Shown here: piece by piece, positions 1 through 9,608 of the stretch
How the letters are laid out: each line of letters starts with the position of its first letter
Numbering within the stretch: position 1 is the first letter of the stretch
Virus record (IMG/VR): IMGVR_UViG_3300045977_000336
Span: 14,419-78,418 of that record
Origin: a virus
Reading direction: 5' to 3' (one strand)
DNA length: 64,000 nucleotides
Notes under the pieces: generated by a model
The model's input: only the letters and a program-made list of their open reading frames with translations
Database searches by the model: none
Told to the model about the DNA's origin: nothing
Program-made: the position numbers and the translations under genes

Positions 1-538
1 CGCTGCTGGATGCGATCGCGCCCGCCAATGACCGGGCCGTTTGCTTCGTCGCCTCGCCGGCGCTCGTAACCCCGCCGCTCAGCGCGCGCTGCATCTGCTT
101 GACCAGTGCCCCGCTGCTGCTGATCGCACTCGCCAGGGCGCGCAGCGTTTGCCGCGTTAAGGCGCCGCTGCCAACCATGACGCCGGTCAGTGCGGTAACG
201 ATTGTGCGCGCGCCGCTGACACTGCTACTGCTGCCGGCCGCCCCACCGAATGGCTTTTGCGTCTGCTTCAGCAGCGCGCCGCTGCTCGTGCCGGTGCCGG
301 TCATCAGGTGCGCGATCGCCTTGATCGACGCGCCTGCCTCGGTCAGCGTGCCTGCGCGAATGACATTCGCCTGGCGCGCGAGCGCTCCGCTCGATGCGAG
401 CGTGCCGCCGACATCTTGCGTAAACAGCGTGCCCGTCGTGTGCAGCAGTTCGATGTCAAACCAGCCGGCGCTTTGCCCGACCTCGTCGAACCAGCCTTCG
501 GTTTTGATCGTTTGATCGAACGTGCCGAAACGCGCCAT
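1..538 (-). CDS. Virion structural protein with ~19-aa repeats (partial, runs off the left edge)
   Basis: Not in the ORF track. ATG at 538 reads MARFGTFDQTIKTEGWFDEVG..., open to position 1, with recurring SSGALxKQxxRxLxG units; lies 2 nt after the 541..1407 stop. Confidence 0.75.
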   Translation of the reverse strand, partial: MARFGTFDQTIKTEGWFDEVGQSAGWFDIELLHTTGTLFTQDVGGTLASSGALARQANVIRAGTLTEAGASIKAIAHLMTGTGTSSGALLKQTQKPFGGAAGSSSSVSGARTIVTALTGVMVGSGALTRQTLRALASAISSSGALVKQMQRALSGGVTSAGEATKQTARSLAGAIASSS

Positions 539-540
539 GG

Positions 541-1407
541 TTATGCCTTGATGACTTGCGCCACGACTTGTCGTACAGTGATCGCGTGCGATGCACCTGT
601 CGTCAGCGCGATGCCGACGATCAGCGGCAAGCCGGTAATGTCGAAGGCCGCGCTGGTGCTGACGCGCACCTGCGCCTTGCGCGCGGCGTTTGAAAAGCCC
701 GTGGTCGTGAGGTTATCGTCCATGCACCAGAGCGCTTGCGCTACGCAGGAGGCTGAGATCGGCCCGCGAATCGTGCACAAGATATCCACCAGCGCTTCGT
801 CGGCCACAGCCGTTTCAGTGTCGCCCGTAAACGAATTGCGCGCCGTATCGCCTGTCGTGCCGTTCGCGCCGAAGCGAATGTCCCAGGTCTCGGTCGCCGT
901 GGCTGCGCCGGACTTGGCGACGCTGATGCGCCATTGCAGCACCGTGCCGATCGACGGATTGGCGTCGAAGCGCAGTGCCGATCCCGCGAGGTACGCCGTC
1001 GCGCTCGCACCGATCGATTGATCAGAGGTGGAAGCATTGGGCGTGGTCGGCAGGCGTGGCCCGACGACAAAGAAGCCGACGCCTTCCACATATTCCAATG
1101 TTTCACCGGGGCGCAGCGTCGCGGCGAACAATTCATAGATCGTCGCGTTTTGATTGAACTGCACCAGCACCCCGACGCTGGCTGACGTGCTGCGATTGCG
1201 CGCGTTGAGTGTCTTGAGATTGCGCTGTGTCGATGACGCCGGCGCGGCCAGTACATCGGTCGTCGTGGCCGTGCTGATGGCCGTGTTCTGACGCAGCGGC
1301 GTAACCGTCGTGCCGCTGAGATCGACGGCCGAGACATGCACATCGACGGTCACGGCGGCGTCCGTCACGATCTGAATCTTATCGGTGGTGGCCGTCAAAA
1401 GAATCAT
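541..1407 (-). CDS. Putative virion structural protein (beta-rich, Thr/Ala-rich)
   Basis: 288-aa ORF, stop/start coupled to its neighbours in the late operon. Confidence 0.6.
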   Translation of the reverse strand: MILLTATTDKIQIVTDAAVTVDVHVSAVDLSGTTVTPLRQNTAISTATTTDVLAAPASSTQRNLKTLNARNRSTSASVGVLVQFNQNATIYELFAATLRPGETLEYVEGVGFFVVGPRLPTTPNASTSDQSIGASATAYLAGSALRFDANPSIGTVLQWRISVAKSGAATATETWDIRFGANGTTGDTARNSFTGDTETAVADEALVDILCTIRGPISASCVAQALWCMDDNLTTTGFSNAARKAQVRVSTSAAFDITGLPLIVGIALTTGASHAITVRQVVAQVIKA

Positions 1408-2087
1408 TCGAGCCTCATACTTGCTTTCGGAAACGTCGAAAAGTCAGGACGTATTTTGGCAAACACCGGATTGCCCGATTTGAAAGCGACAGTGGAATTA
1501 CAGTAGGTCGTCGTGGAGTTGGCTGTGAAGTTCGCATTGTAGCTGCCCGTTGCGCCTGTGATTTTATAGCCCGACGCATTGCCGTCTTGAATGTCGCCTT
1601 CCGTAAATGTATTGCCGACGGCCGTGATCACCGAGTCGTTGATGCTGTGCGAACAGATGAACGTATCGGCCACCGCGATCGACACGCTCGCGCCCGGCAG
1701 CGGCGAGGCGCTGCTGCCGTCCGTGACCACGTTGACGGCCTCAGGCGTCGGATTATCGATACCCGATACCTCAAACACCCACAGGTATTTGGTGCGATTA
1801 CCCGAACCTGTGATTGTCAGCGTGATCGACGTTTTGCCCGACGCGCTCGGCGTGAGAATCCAGACATCCGTCCAGTGCTGCCCGCTGCCGAACGTGGCGC
1901 GCGCGCTGCCGACCTGTGAGAAATTGTTCGTGCCGTCACTGACGCCCGTGACGGTCGCGCCGTTGCCGTAGCCGCCAGCCATCGCAATGAGCAAATTGCC
2001 TGAGCCAGTCGGGTCAACCGTCACCGCCAGTGTGTCGCCGCTGTCCGTCGCGAAGTTGGCTTTGTGCTGCACCAGCACGATCGCCAT
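1404..2087 (-). CDS. Putative virion structural/fibre protein (Gly/Ser/Thr-rich)
   Basis: 227-aa ORF with overlapping stop/start; composition typical of phage fibre or decoration domains. Confidence 0.6.
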   Translation of the reverse strand: MAIVLVQHKANFATDSGDTLAVTVDPTGSGNLLIAMAGGYGNGATVTGVSDGTNNFSQVGSARATFGSGQHWTDVWILTPSASGKTSITLTITGSGNRTKYLWVFEVSGIDNPTPEAVNVVTDGSSASPLPGASVSIAVADTFICSHSINDSVITAVGNTFTEGDIQDGNASGYKITGATGSYNANFTANSTTTYCNSTVAFKSGNPVFAKIRPDFSTFPKASMRLE

Positions 2088-2734
2088 TAGCCACCGCTGT
2101 TCAGCGTCAGCGTATAGGTGAATTGAATCGAGTCACCCGATCCGACGTTGATCGCTGCGAACACGCTGCGATCGAGCAGCGTCCCGCCGCCGGTGGCGGC
2201 CTGGGTAAAGATGCCGTGCTCGGTGATCGCCGCCGAAGCGTCAAACGTCAGCGTGCCGATGGTGCGCATTTGATTAGCCGCAGGCTGCGACTTCGTGCCG
2301 ATGGTGCGCGTCGAATCTGGATTGAGCGCCGTAGTCGATTCGGTTTGCAGCGTCGTGTCGCCTGCGGCTTCGGCATTCGTGCCGGTGCCCGCGCCGTGAT
2401 AATTAAAGTTATCGATGGCGTTAGCCCCGCCGTCCCAGTCATCGACGATATATGCCACGCCGGCGTCAGTCACCACGCGATAAGACAGCACGCCGTAATC
2501 GACGCGCGACCCATCGGCTTTGATCCACACCGCGCGCAGCTCGGCATACGCCGTCATCAAACCGAAATGGTTCGCCAGCGGCCCGATCAGTTGGATGCCC
2601 AGCCACGCCTTGATAAATGACCAGCGCAGCACGTTCCGCACGCGCCAACTGAGTGACGCCGACTGTTGCCGATTAACGGTTGCAGTGAGTGATCCGTGCG
2701 CGAACCTGGAGTGGCGTCGAAGGGATTTGATCAT
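2087..2734 (-). CDS. Putative virion structural protein
   Basis: C-terminal GAGTG...ITEHGIF...LLDRSVFAAINVGSGDSIQFTYTLT resembles a widespread phage fibre/baseplate-associated family. Confidence 0.6.
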   Translation of the reverse strand: MIKSLRRHSRFAHGSLTATVNRQQSASLSWRVRNVLRWSFIKAWLGIQLIGPLANHFGLMTAYAELRAVWIKADGSRVDYGVLSYRVVTDAGVAYIVDDWDGGANAIDNFNYHGAGTGTNAEAAGDTTLQTESTTALNPDSTRTIGTKSQPAANQMRTIGTLTFDASAAITEHGIFTQAATGGGTLLDRSVFAAINVGSGDSIQFTYTLTLNSGG

Positions 2735-2976
2735 GTCACAGCCTCCAATGCGCCGGGCGGCGCGATGACGGCCAGCGCCGCCGCTTCGAGCGGTGTCACT
2801 TCGATGGTGTCGCCTGCGATATAGATTGCGCCGTTCGTCAAACCCACGCGCGGTTCAAGCGGCGGCTTCATTTCACCTTGCGGCGTCGCGGCGCGCGCGG
2901 TTTCGACGTGCGCCGCATAAGCGGCGAACGTTTCATCCGTGATGCGAAAACTTTGCTTGACAAGAAATTTGCTCAT
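2731..2976 (-). CDS. Small hypothetical phage protein
   Basis: 81 aa, AAGGA RBS, coupled to the downstream gene. Confidence 0.6.
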   Translation of the reverse strand: MSKFLVKQSFRITDETFAAYAAHVETARAATPQGEMKPPLEPRVGLTNGAIYIAGDTIEVTPLEAAALAVIAPPGALEAVT

Positions 2977-3003
2977 GTGCTGTTCCTTTGCCTGTGGCGC
3001 GCG

Positions 3004-3258
3004 TCAGGCGTCGCTATCAGCGGCTGTCGTACCTTTCGTGCGCGGCGTACGTTTGACGGCCGTCGTGCGCGGCGGTTCATCAAAGGCCGTGGTCTGCACA
3101 GGCGGCGCTTCGCTGATCTCCATGAACGCGCCGGGCGCATCGCGCAGCAGGAATTCGCCGCGCGTTTGATCGACGGTGATTTCCTTGCCGGGTTCGTACT
3201 CGACGCCCAGCGGCCCGTTACGATACCGGCTCAACACTTTGAGTTTCATGTTGTCCAT
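3004..3258 (-). CDS. Small post-capsid protein (short beta domain with a basic tail)
   Basis: AAGGAG RBS; MKLKVLSRY..YEPGKEITVD..GEFLL pattern typical of small genes after capsid genes. Confidence 0.6.
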   Translation of the reverse strand: MDNMKLKVLSRYRNGPLGVEYEPGKEITVDQTRGEFLLRDAPGAFMEISEAPPVQTTAFDEPPRTTAVKRTPRTKGTTAADSDA

Positions 3259-4027
3259 TCTCCTTGCGCGGCGCGGCTGACCATGCTTGATCGGTGTCCC
3301 ACTCGCCCCACGTCGTTTTGTTGGGAAAACGCGCGCTGCCGATGTGGCGCAGGCCCACGCGGCGCGTCACGCACACGCGCGCCCCGGCCAGCGCGCACTG
3401 GCGCGAAAAGTACCAATCTTCCGGCTCGACGTCGGCGATAAACTTGCCGTCGCCATTCGTGAAGATGGCGTCGTTGATCTCGAAGTGCACGCGCTCGGCA
3501 AACGGCTGCCGCACGTCGAGCAGCAGCAGGCCCGTGTTGACCAGCAGCACGCCGTCCGGCGAATCATCGCTGAACAGGTGCTGTATGTCGTGCACGTCAA
3601 ACAGATCGGGCAGGCGCGTCGCTTCTTTGATGGTCAAGCGCCGCCGCCTGAATTCATAGCGCCCTTGCGCGTCGGGCGGACCCAGGTGCGGCAGATACGC
3701 GGTAGACGTCAAGCCGTGCCCGTCTTTGATCGGCACGATCGCGCCCAACACATCGGCGTGCGCTTCTTCCATGTCACTCAGCATCTGAATGAGGAAGCCG
3801 CGATCGGGCAGGATGTCGGCGTGCACGATCAGCAAGTGGGAGATGTCGGGGCGGTTATTGAGCGCGAGGCACAGCAGTTCATTGTGTCCCAGCGCGAGCA
3901 ATGAAACCGCCTTGAAGGCGACGGTGTACACCGGGCAGTGCGGCAACGCCCCTTCGGCAATAAGCGCCGCCGCCAGCCCGGTGTTCACCTTGTCATCATA
4001 AGTCGGGACGCCGATTAAAACCGCCAT
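3218..4027 (-). CDS. Glycosyltransferase, GT-A/GT2-like
   Basis: N-terminal VLIGVPTY, DxD-like VHADI, NTGLLLLD, EPEDWYFSR and VGLRHIG motifs. Confidence 0.75.
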   Translation of the reverse strand: MAVLIGVPTYDDKVNTGLAAALIAEGALPHCPVYTVAFKAVSLLALGHNELLCLALNNRPDISHLLIVHADILPDRGFLIQMLSDMEEAHADVLGAIVPIKDGHGLTSTAYLPHLGPPDAQGRYEFRRRRLTIKEATRLPDLFDVHDIQHLFSDDSPDGVLLVNTGLLLLDVRQPFAERVHFEINDAIFTNGDGKFIADVEPEDWYFSRQCALAGARVCVTRRVGLRHIGSARFPNKTTWGEWDTDQAWSAAPRKENGQHETQSVEPVS

Positions 4028-4039
4028 GACATAGGCCGA

Positions 4040-4450
4040 TCAGGCGGGCAGCAGCACGCCGACTAAAACTGCGTCGATGTCCAGCGTGTTCGGGGCGAAG
4101 TTGGCGTCTTGCACGATATTCAACGCGACGACTTTGCCCGCTGCGATCGGATCGGCATTGACCCGCGCCGTCGCGACCGCTGTCTGTGTGTTGGCATTGA
4201 GCGTCACGCTCGGCCCGCCCGTCAGCGCGGTTGTATTGGCCGTCACTTTCACGACGCCGCTGCCGCCTTGTACGGCGGCATTGACTTCGGCGTGCAGCAG
4301 CATCGGATGAAACTTGTAGCCAGTCGGCACGACGAAGCCCGCGCCGCCCTGCGTCAGCGTGAGCAGCGTGGTTGCGTTTCCGGCCAGGTTCGCTTTTCCA
4401 TACTGCAACGCCAGCGGCAAACCATATTCGTAAGACAGATCGCCAGCCAT
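4040..4450 (-). CDS. Putative capsid decoration/cement protein
   Basis: 136-aa beta-rich ORF immediately after the major capsid gene; AGGAGG RBS. Confidence 0.55.
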   Translation of the reverse strand: MAGDLSYEYGLPLALQYGKANLAGNATTLLTLTQGGAGFVVPTGYKFHPMLLHAEVNAAVQGGSGVVKVTANTTALTGGPSVTLNANTQTAVATARVNADPIAAGKVVALNIVQDANFAPNTLDIDAVLVGVLLPA

Positions 4451-4477
4451 ATGTCAGCCTCCTATTGCCTGTGACGG

Positions 4478-5836
4478 CTACGAGAATTTGATGTGATGTG
4501 CGCCGGCCGTGTGTACCGCGGTGCTGCGCGTGCCGCGCGCGGCGACCGCGATGCGGAATGAAGCCACCATCACCAACTGCCGCTTCTGGATCAAGCGGTC
4601 CACTTCGATCATGAGTTGACGCCGGAAGCCCACGCGCCATGACGGGCGATGAAAGACGGCCATGGACCCGTAGACGTCATTAGTCGCGGGCGTGGTCGTC
4701 GTGTACTTGCCGTCCGTGTCCACCAGGCTCAGCGCGCCGCTGACCAGCACGGGCACGTTGGCATACTTCGCCAGCTCGCCCGTCAGTACCGTCGCGTTCG
4801 GCCCGAACTTATCGAGCGTCGCGACGTTGGTCAGGCCCAGCATGGCGATGTACGTCAGCGCATCGACGGCGATGCCGAGGTTGCTCGTGTCAGCCGCATA
4901 CTTGCCCGTGCGCCCGATCGCGGCCAGCACCAGCGCATCGGTCAAGGTCGTATTGAGCGCGACGCTTTGCGCCGTGTTGTCCACGAGAAACAGGTGGCGA
5001 ATGCCGTCTTGCCCGGCCGAGAGGAAGTACGAATCGTTGGCGGGGTTGGCGTCGTCGCTGTTGATGTTGCCCGTCGCGGCGTCGGTCGCGTCGGCGTTCA
5101 TGATGAAGCGATCGATCTGCTCGGCCCCGTCGCGCGTGATCTCCTGGCGCAGCGACGGCAGCACGGCAATGATTGAATCCTCATCGAGGTCATACGCCCA
5201 GTCAGCCTCATACACTTGCTCGGTACTCGTCAGCGTGCTCTTGGCCGTGGTCGCATCCTGCGCGGTGATGGCGGTGTTCGCCCCGCCCTTGCGCCACGCG
5301 CCAGTTGCCCAGCCCAGCGGGATGTCGAACGGGTCGGTCGGCATATTGATCGCCGGGATCGACCCGCCGATCTTCGCGGCCAGGAACATGTCCTGCCACA
5401 GCTCCGCCGCCATGCCGGTCGGCACGTACTCGTCGCCTGATCCGGCCGTGGTCGAGTCGAGGGCTTTGGTTAAGCCGATCGCGTTCTTCAATTCAGGCGA
5501 CGGCGGCCTGACGCGCTCGCCGCCCACCTGCTGGGCGCGGCTCAACAGCCAGTGCGTGAAGATCAGATCATCCACGCGCGCGCCGTCGAACTTGCCGCCC
5601 TGCACCTCGCCCTTCGAACGCACGCGGAAGCCGGGCGGGCCGATCAACTCGCCCTTGCGGCGCGGGCGGTTGGCCTCCGCGTCGTCGAGGCGCTTCTGCA
5701 CCTGCTGATCCACCAATCCGCTGACGGTCTGCGCCAGCCGGTCATAGTCAATCGTGGCCTTATCGCTTCCATGCTCCTTGACCACGGCGGCGAGTTGCGC
5801 AATCTCGCCACGGATGTCTGCTAACTGGTCACTCAT
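4478..5836 (-). CDS. Major capsid protein, HK97 fold
   Basis: Start reassigned to ATG 5836 (GGAGG RBS); coiled-coil delta-domain-like N-terminus, then KAL-DSTTAGSGDEYVP; follows the protease gene. Confidence 0.9.
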   Translation of the reverse strand: MSDQLADIRGEIAQLAAVVKEHGSDKATIDYDRLAQTVSGLVDQQVQKRLDDAEANRPRRKGELIGPPGFRVRSKGEVQGGKFDGARVDDLIFTHWLLSRAQQVGGERVRPPSPELKNAIGLTKALDSTTAGSGDEYVPTGMAAELWQDMFLAAKIGGSIPAINMPTDPFDIPLGWATGAWRKGGANTAITAQDATTAKSTLTSTEQVYEADWAYDLDEDSIIAVLPSLRQEITRDGAEQIDRFIMNADATDAATGNINSDDANPANDSYFLSAGQDGIRHLFLVDNTAQSVALNTTLTDALVLAAIGRTGKYAADTSNLGIAVDALTYIAMLGLTNVATLDKFGPNATVLTGELAKYANVPVLVSGALSLVDTDGKYTTTTPATNDVYGSMAVFHRPSWRVGFRRQLMIEVDRLIQKRQLVMVASFRIAVAARGTRSTAVHTAGAHHIKFS

Positions 5837-7919
5837 GTTGGATAACCTCCTTAACGGTCGCCATGAGAGTGCGTAACTCGCCGACGAGCACGCGCTCGTC
5901 TTCGTCGCTGAGATGTTGATCGCCGCTAAGTTCATCTGCGGCTTCGTTCAAAGCCCGCGCGAAGTCACGCAGCGCGGCGGCTTTTTCAAACTGGGCTTGA
6001 TGACGGTTGAGGTGTGCTTCGACACCGGCCCGATCGCCTTCGGGAATGTCGCTTTGCGGCAGGCGCGCCTTCGCATTGTTCACGCCGCGCAGCACCACGC
6101 GCCCGTCGTTCAGGTGATGCGGCAACTTATAGGAAGACTTCGCATCCGGATCGCCGTCGCCGTCCACCCAGGCATGGATCTTGCGCAGCGCGCCGCGCTC
6201 GCTGGGGCACTCGCGCAGCACCTCACCCGCGTCCCATGCCGTATCCGGATCGGCCTTCGGTGTGGTGTGGGAAGGAATCGCGCCCTTGATGACGATGCCC
6301 GGCTCGACGGCGCTGACTTCAAGCAGCGTTTCATCCTTCACGGCATCACTGAATGGCACATTGAACACGCCGCTCGCGGGGATGACTTCAAACGTGCCCT
6401 GGCAGTTCGGGCAGCGATACATCCCCCAGCTCAGCGCCGGGATCGACGTACCGCACTCGAACGGGCACGCCACGCGCACGAACGGGAGCGGGTCCGCCGC
6501 CGCGCCGCGCATCAAATCCAGCGCATGCTGATCGAGCACCAGGCCGTCGTTAGCGTTTGCTTCCCTTCTCCCCTTCTCCTCTTCCTCCTCCTCTTGTTCC
6601 TGCACCTCCGCCAGCACCTCGTTCAAGTGATCGCGCGCCGCCTCGATCTTGCGCTCGTTCTTCTTGCTCAACACGCGGCCCGCCTTCACCTCGATCGGTT
6701 TGCTGTGCCGGTGCCAGCGCTTTGTCAGATGCAGCGCGCGCTCGAACACCTTATCCGTGAGAATGTCCACCGGCAGCAATTGTTCAAACGTCGCCACGTT
6801 GCCCGCCGCCTTTGTCCCGCCGGTGGCATTCGGCGCATCGTCCTGCGGCAGCGAGTCGAACACCTCGCCCAACGCTTTGACCTCCCACAGGTCGTGCGCG
6901 ACCAGCGTCTCGTCGGCCTCGTCGCGCCGCTCGATGGCGTGTACCTGATCGCCTCTGGCGAGTTGCAAGGGCGGCAAAAACACCACGCGCTTGAACTTGA
7001 CGGTGGTGCCGCGATCGGGGTGCGGCTGCTCGTTGCACTCGCCCAGTTCCATATCCATCACCAGCACCGTCGCATCCTCAGGCACGTCCACCGTGCGTGT
7101 CGTGAAAGCCGCGTAATGGTGGCGCGCCTGGTCGGTTTCCACCACAATTCGCCGCAGCCACGCCTTCGGCTCGACTGGCGCTTCGGCTTCATCGTCGAGT
7201 GACTCGGCTTCCTGCAACGTCGCTTCACCGTCGCGTACCTGGCACTCGGCGCAGCGCAGCATCAGTGGATCCATCAGGCTCATGGCGTACAACGTCGCGC
7301 TGACCGGCAGTTCGCGCCCGCAAGCCGTGCAGGCCGCTTTAATGACCCTCACACCCTCCGGATCGTCGATGCTCTTCACCGCCAGCCGCAGCGCTTCCTG
7401 ATTCGCCGGCACAGGCACCAGCGAGAATTCAAGCAAATCCCAGTCGGTAAAGTCGTGGCCGCCGACGTTGTTCTGCTTGGCCTCAAGTGGCTGAAAACCG
7501 ATTGAAGCCGCCTTGATCCAGCCGCCGTTCCACAACAAGAGCACAATCGTTTGGGGATCGAATTCATTGGCCGCCGGCCGCAATTCAAAATCGGCAACCA
7601 ATCCTTCCGGCGAGCGCGTCAGTGTGAGGGTGCGCCCGATCGTGGCGAACGGATCGCGGTAGTTGTGGGCCCATTGCACCACGGGATTCTTGAGGTAGTT
7701 TTCGACGCGCGCCCCGGCCGGGAGCACCCGATCACGCTGGCGATCGACCGCGCCCGTGTTGATCAAAATGCGCCCACCGTTCTCTTGCCGGTCCAGCACC
7801 TTGACGGTGAAGACCTTGTGCACAACGCTGGGCGGCGCGCCACTGGGTGGCGCATTCATCGGAGTGGCCCTTTCGCCCTCGGCAGATTTCTTTTGATCCT
7901 GGCGCGTCTTGTTTCGCAT
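5829..7919 (-). CDS. HK97-family prohead protease with a long multi-domain C-terminal extension
   Basis: YLKNPVVQWAHN, ASIGF and LLEFSLVPVPANQEAL motifs; extension has CxxC pairs, GRVLSKKNE and a YKLPHH-containing domain. Confidence 0.9.
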   Translation of the reverse strand: MRNKTRQDQKKSAEGERATPMNAPPSGAPPSVVHKVFTVKVLDRQENGGRILINTGAVDRQRDRVLPAGARVENYLKNPVVQWAHNYRDPFATIGRTLTLTRSPEGLVADFELRPAANEFDPQTIVLLLWNGGWIKAASIGFQPLEAKQNNVGGHDFTDWDLLEFSLVPVPANQEALRLAVKSIDDPEGVRVIKAACTACGRELPVSATLYAMSLMDPLMLRCAECQVRDGEATLQEAESLDDEAEAPVEPKAWLRRIVVETDQARHHYAAFTTRTVDVPEDATVLVMDMELGECNEQPHPDRGTTVKFKRVVFLPPLQLARGDQVHAIERRDEADETLVAHDLWEVKALGEVFDSLPQDDAPNATGGTKAAGNVATFEQLLPVDILTDKVFERALHLTKRWHRHSKPIEVKAGRVLSKKNERKIEAARDHLNEVLAEVQEQEEEEEEKGRREANANDGLVLDQHALDLMRGAAADPLPFVRVACPFECGTSIPALSWGMYRCPNCQGTFEVIPASGVFNVPFSDAVKDETLLEVSAVEPGIVIKGAIPSHTTPKADPDTAWDAGEVLRECPSERGALRKIHAWVDGDGDPDAKSSYKLPHHLNDGRVVLRGVNNAKARLPQSDIPEGDRAGVEAHLNRHQAQFEKAAALRDFARALNEAADELSGDQHLSDEDERVLVGELRTLMATVKEVIQHE

Positions 7920-7955
7920 CTTCGCCTCCTACAGATCCTTCCAGGCCATAAACGC

Positions 7956-7990
7956 AAAAAGCCCACAGCGGCTTGACCGCTATGGGCTTT
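7956..7990 (-). terminator. Intrinsic terminator/attenuator-like hairpin upstream of the head genes
   Basis: Minus strand AAAGCCCATAGCGG-TCAAG-CCGCTGTGGGCTTTTT. Confidence 0.65.
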
Positions 7991-8109
7991 GAATGAACAG
8001 CTATTTTCCGCTTGCGCTGGACGCGCTCTATAAGGCGCTTCAGGTAGGGTGCCTCGTCCAGCGGCTAACGGTTATCTCACATTCTCAACTCTTACTCCCT
8101 ACGCTCACC

Positions 8110-8139
8110 ATCTTACACCAAATTGTGTACCAGTGTCAA
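8110..8139 (-). promoter_or_regulatory. Sigma70-like promoter for the head operon
   Basis: TTGACA-N18-TAAGAT on the minus strand; overlapping TACAC-N6-GTGTA palindrome. Confidence 0.65.
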
Positions 8140-8148
8140 TATGACTCA

Positions 8149-8736
8149 CTATTCATACGTCGACCACCACACAATACACTGCACCGCCGCCTTGAACGGC
8201 CCGGCTGAGTCCAGCGGGTGAGTATAGTACACCAGCGTCAACGTCTCCCCGGCGTCCAGCTGCACGTAATCCGGCGCAAAGTCAAACACCTGCGCCACCG
8301 GCGCACTCGGCTCGGCATAATGATCCCATTGCAACTTCGCCACGATCGCCCCGTCGCGCGTGCGCAGCACCGTCGCATCGCCGTCGCCCAGGGCGCCGTG
8401 GTACATCCCCATCCACAGGTACGCCTTGCGGATGCGCAGCGGCGTGCCGAGCGTATTCGTAAACACCAGCGTGCGCACCTCGCCGTCCGCCGTATATTCC
8501 CGCGTGTCAAACACCACGCTGCCGGTCAGGTCGCCGCCGGTCAGGTCCGCGCCGGCCCGCCCGCCGTCACTCTCGGCGGCCGTTCGTTGGGCCATCCCGA
8601 GCGCCGCTAAAACGACGCTTAACATGATGATGAGCAAACCCACCAAAATAAGGAAAAATACAATTTCAGCCGGCCATTGCGTGAGCCGCTTCGACCCACT
8701 CCGTAGTTGCGAATTCATTCGCCATCTCCTGACCAA
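8149..8736 (-). CDS. Membrane-anchored hypothetical protein
   Basis: N-terminal hydrophobic helix (IVFFLILVGLLIIMLSVVLAAL) followed by a beta-rich domain; start uncertain. Confidence 0.6.
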   Translation of the reverse strand: MVRRWRMNSQLRSGSKRLTQWPAEIVFFLILVGLLIIMLSVVLAALGMAQRTAAESDGGRAGADLTGGDLTGSVVFDTREYTADGEVRTLVFTNTLGTPLRIRKAYLWMGMYHGALGDGDATVLRTRDGAIVAKLQWDHYAEPSAPVAQVFDFAPDYVQLDAGETLTLVYYTHPLDSAGPFKAAVQCIVWWSTYE

Positions 8737-8791
8737 TCTCCCCGCTGACTAACCTACCAACTTACTAATTTACCAATTACCAACCTCCCCC

Positions 8792-9007
8792 TCACTTCGG
8801 CAGCCACCGCGCCTGCGGACGCTCGTAATTGATCCAATTGCTCCCATTATAGAACGCAATCAAAATTCCGGGCCGGTGCTCGCCTTCGACCGCCCGCATG
8901 TAATTCAAGATCGCCTGCTCATCGGCGCGCAGGGCTTCCCCGGTATTTACCTGGGTGAGCACACCCGCGCGCGACAGCCCGCTGCCGTTCTCTGCTGGTT
9001 TACCCAT
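8792..9007 (-). CDS. Small hypothetical protein
   Basis: MGKPAENG... start with GAGG RBS; distal part of track ORF 8792..9493. Confidence 0.5.
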   Translation of the reverse strand: MGKPAENGSGLSRAGVLTQVNTGEALRADEQAILNYMRAVEGEHRPGILIAFYNGSNWINYERPQARWLPK

Positions 9008-9015
9008 CGTCTGCC

Positions 9016-9597
9016 TCACGCTTTCCTCAACACGCTCTCCGGATCGATCACGCCGTCTGGCCAAAAGGCCGAACAATCCTTGCAGCGCACGTAACCCTTC
9101 AACCCGGCCACGGCGTCGTGCACGCTCCAGTGCAAGTGAATGGCTTCCGTGCCCGTGCGGCCTGCGACGCCCAGCGGCGTGCCGCGTTTGACGATCGCGC
9201 CGGGCACGACGAAGATTTGAGACAGGTGCGCGTACAGCGTGCGCCAACGATCGGCTTCTGCGCCCCACGGATGCTTGAGCACGACGTGCAAGCCATACGA
9301 CGGCGAATCGCCGCGCTGGCACACGTACTCGACCACGCCGTCTTGCGCGGCGACGACGATCGCGTTGGTGCCCGTCGTGTTGTCGAAGGCGTCGCCGTCT
9401 GCGCCTTCGTGCTTGCCGTTGGCATAGTTGCGCGGCGCGTTGAACTTGCCGCCGTCCGTGATGCGCGGCGCTTCGTGCGACTGAATCGGCCACGCCACCC
9501 AGAACGGCTCAGGCGGTTCGGGCAGCGGCACTTCGACGGGCACGGGCGTGAACGTGAACGAACCTTCATGAATGGACAAGGCATAGAGTTGCGGCAT
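9016..9597 (-). CDS. M23-family metallopeptidase (endolysin-like)
   Basis: HEGAD (HxxxD), YAHL and HLH zinc motifs. Confidence 0.9.
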   Translation of the reverse strand: MPQLYALSIHEGSFTFTPVPVEVPLPEPPEPFWVAWPIQSHEAPRITDGGKFNAPRNYANGKHEGADGDAFDNTTGTNAIVVAAQDGVVEYVCQRGDSPSYGLHVVLKHPWGAEADRWRTLYAHLSQIFVVPGAIVKRGTPLGVAGRTGTEAIHLHWSVHDAVAGLKGYVRCKDCSAFWPDGVIDPESVLRKA

Positions 9598-9608
9598 AGT
9601 GGACTCCT

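Noticed and set aside
8090-8112. Partial match between the alternative TnpB guide (CCTGTGAGTAGGG) and the head-operon leader
   Set aside because: It needs a 2-nt gap in the seed region and is plausible by chance
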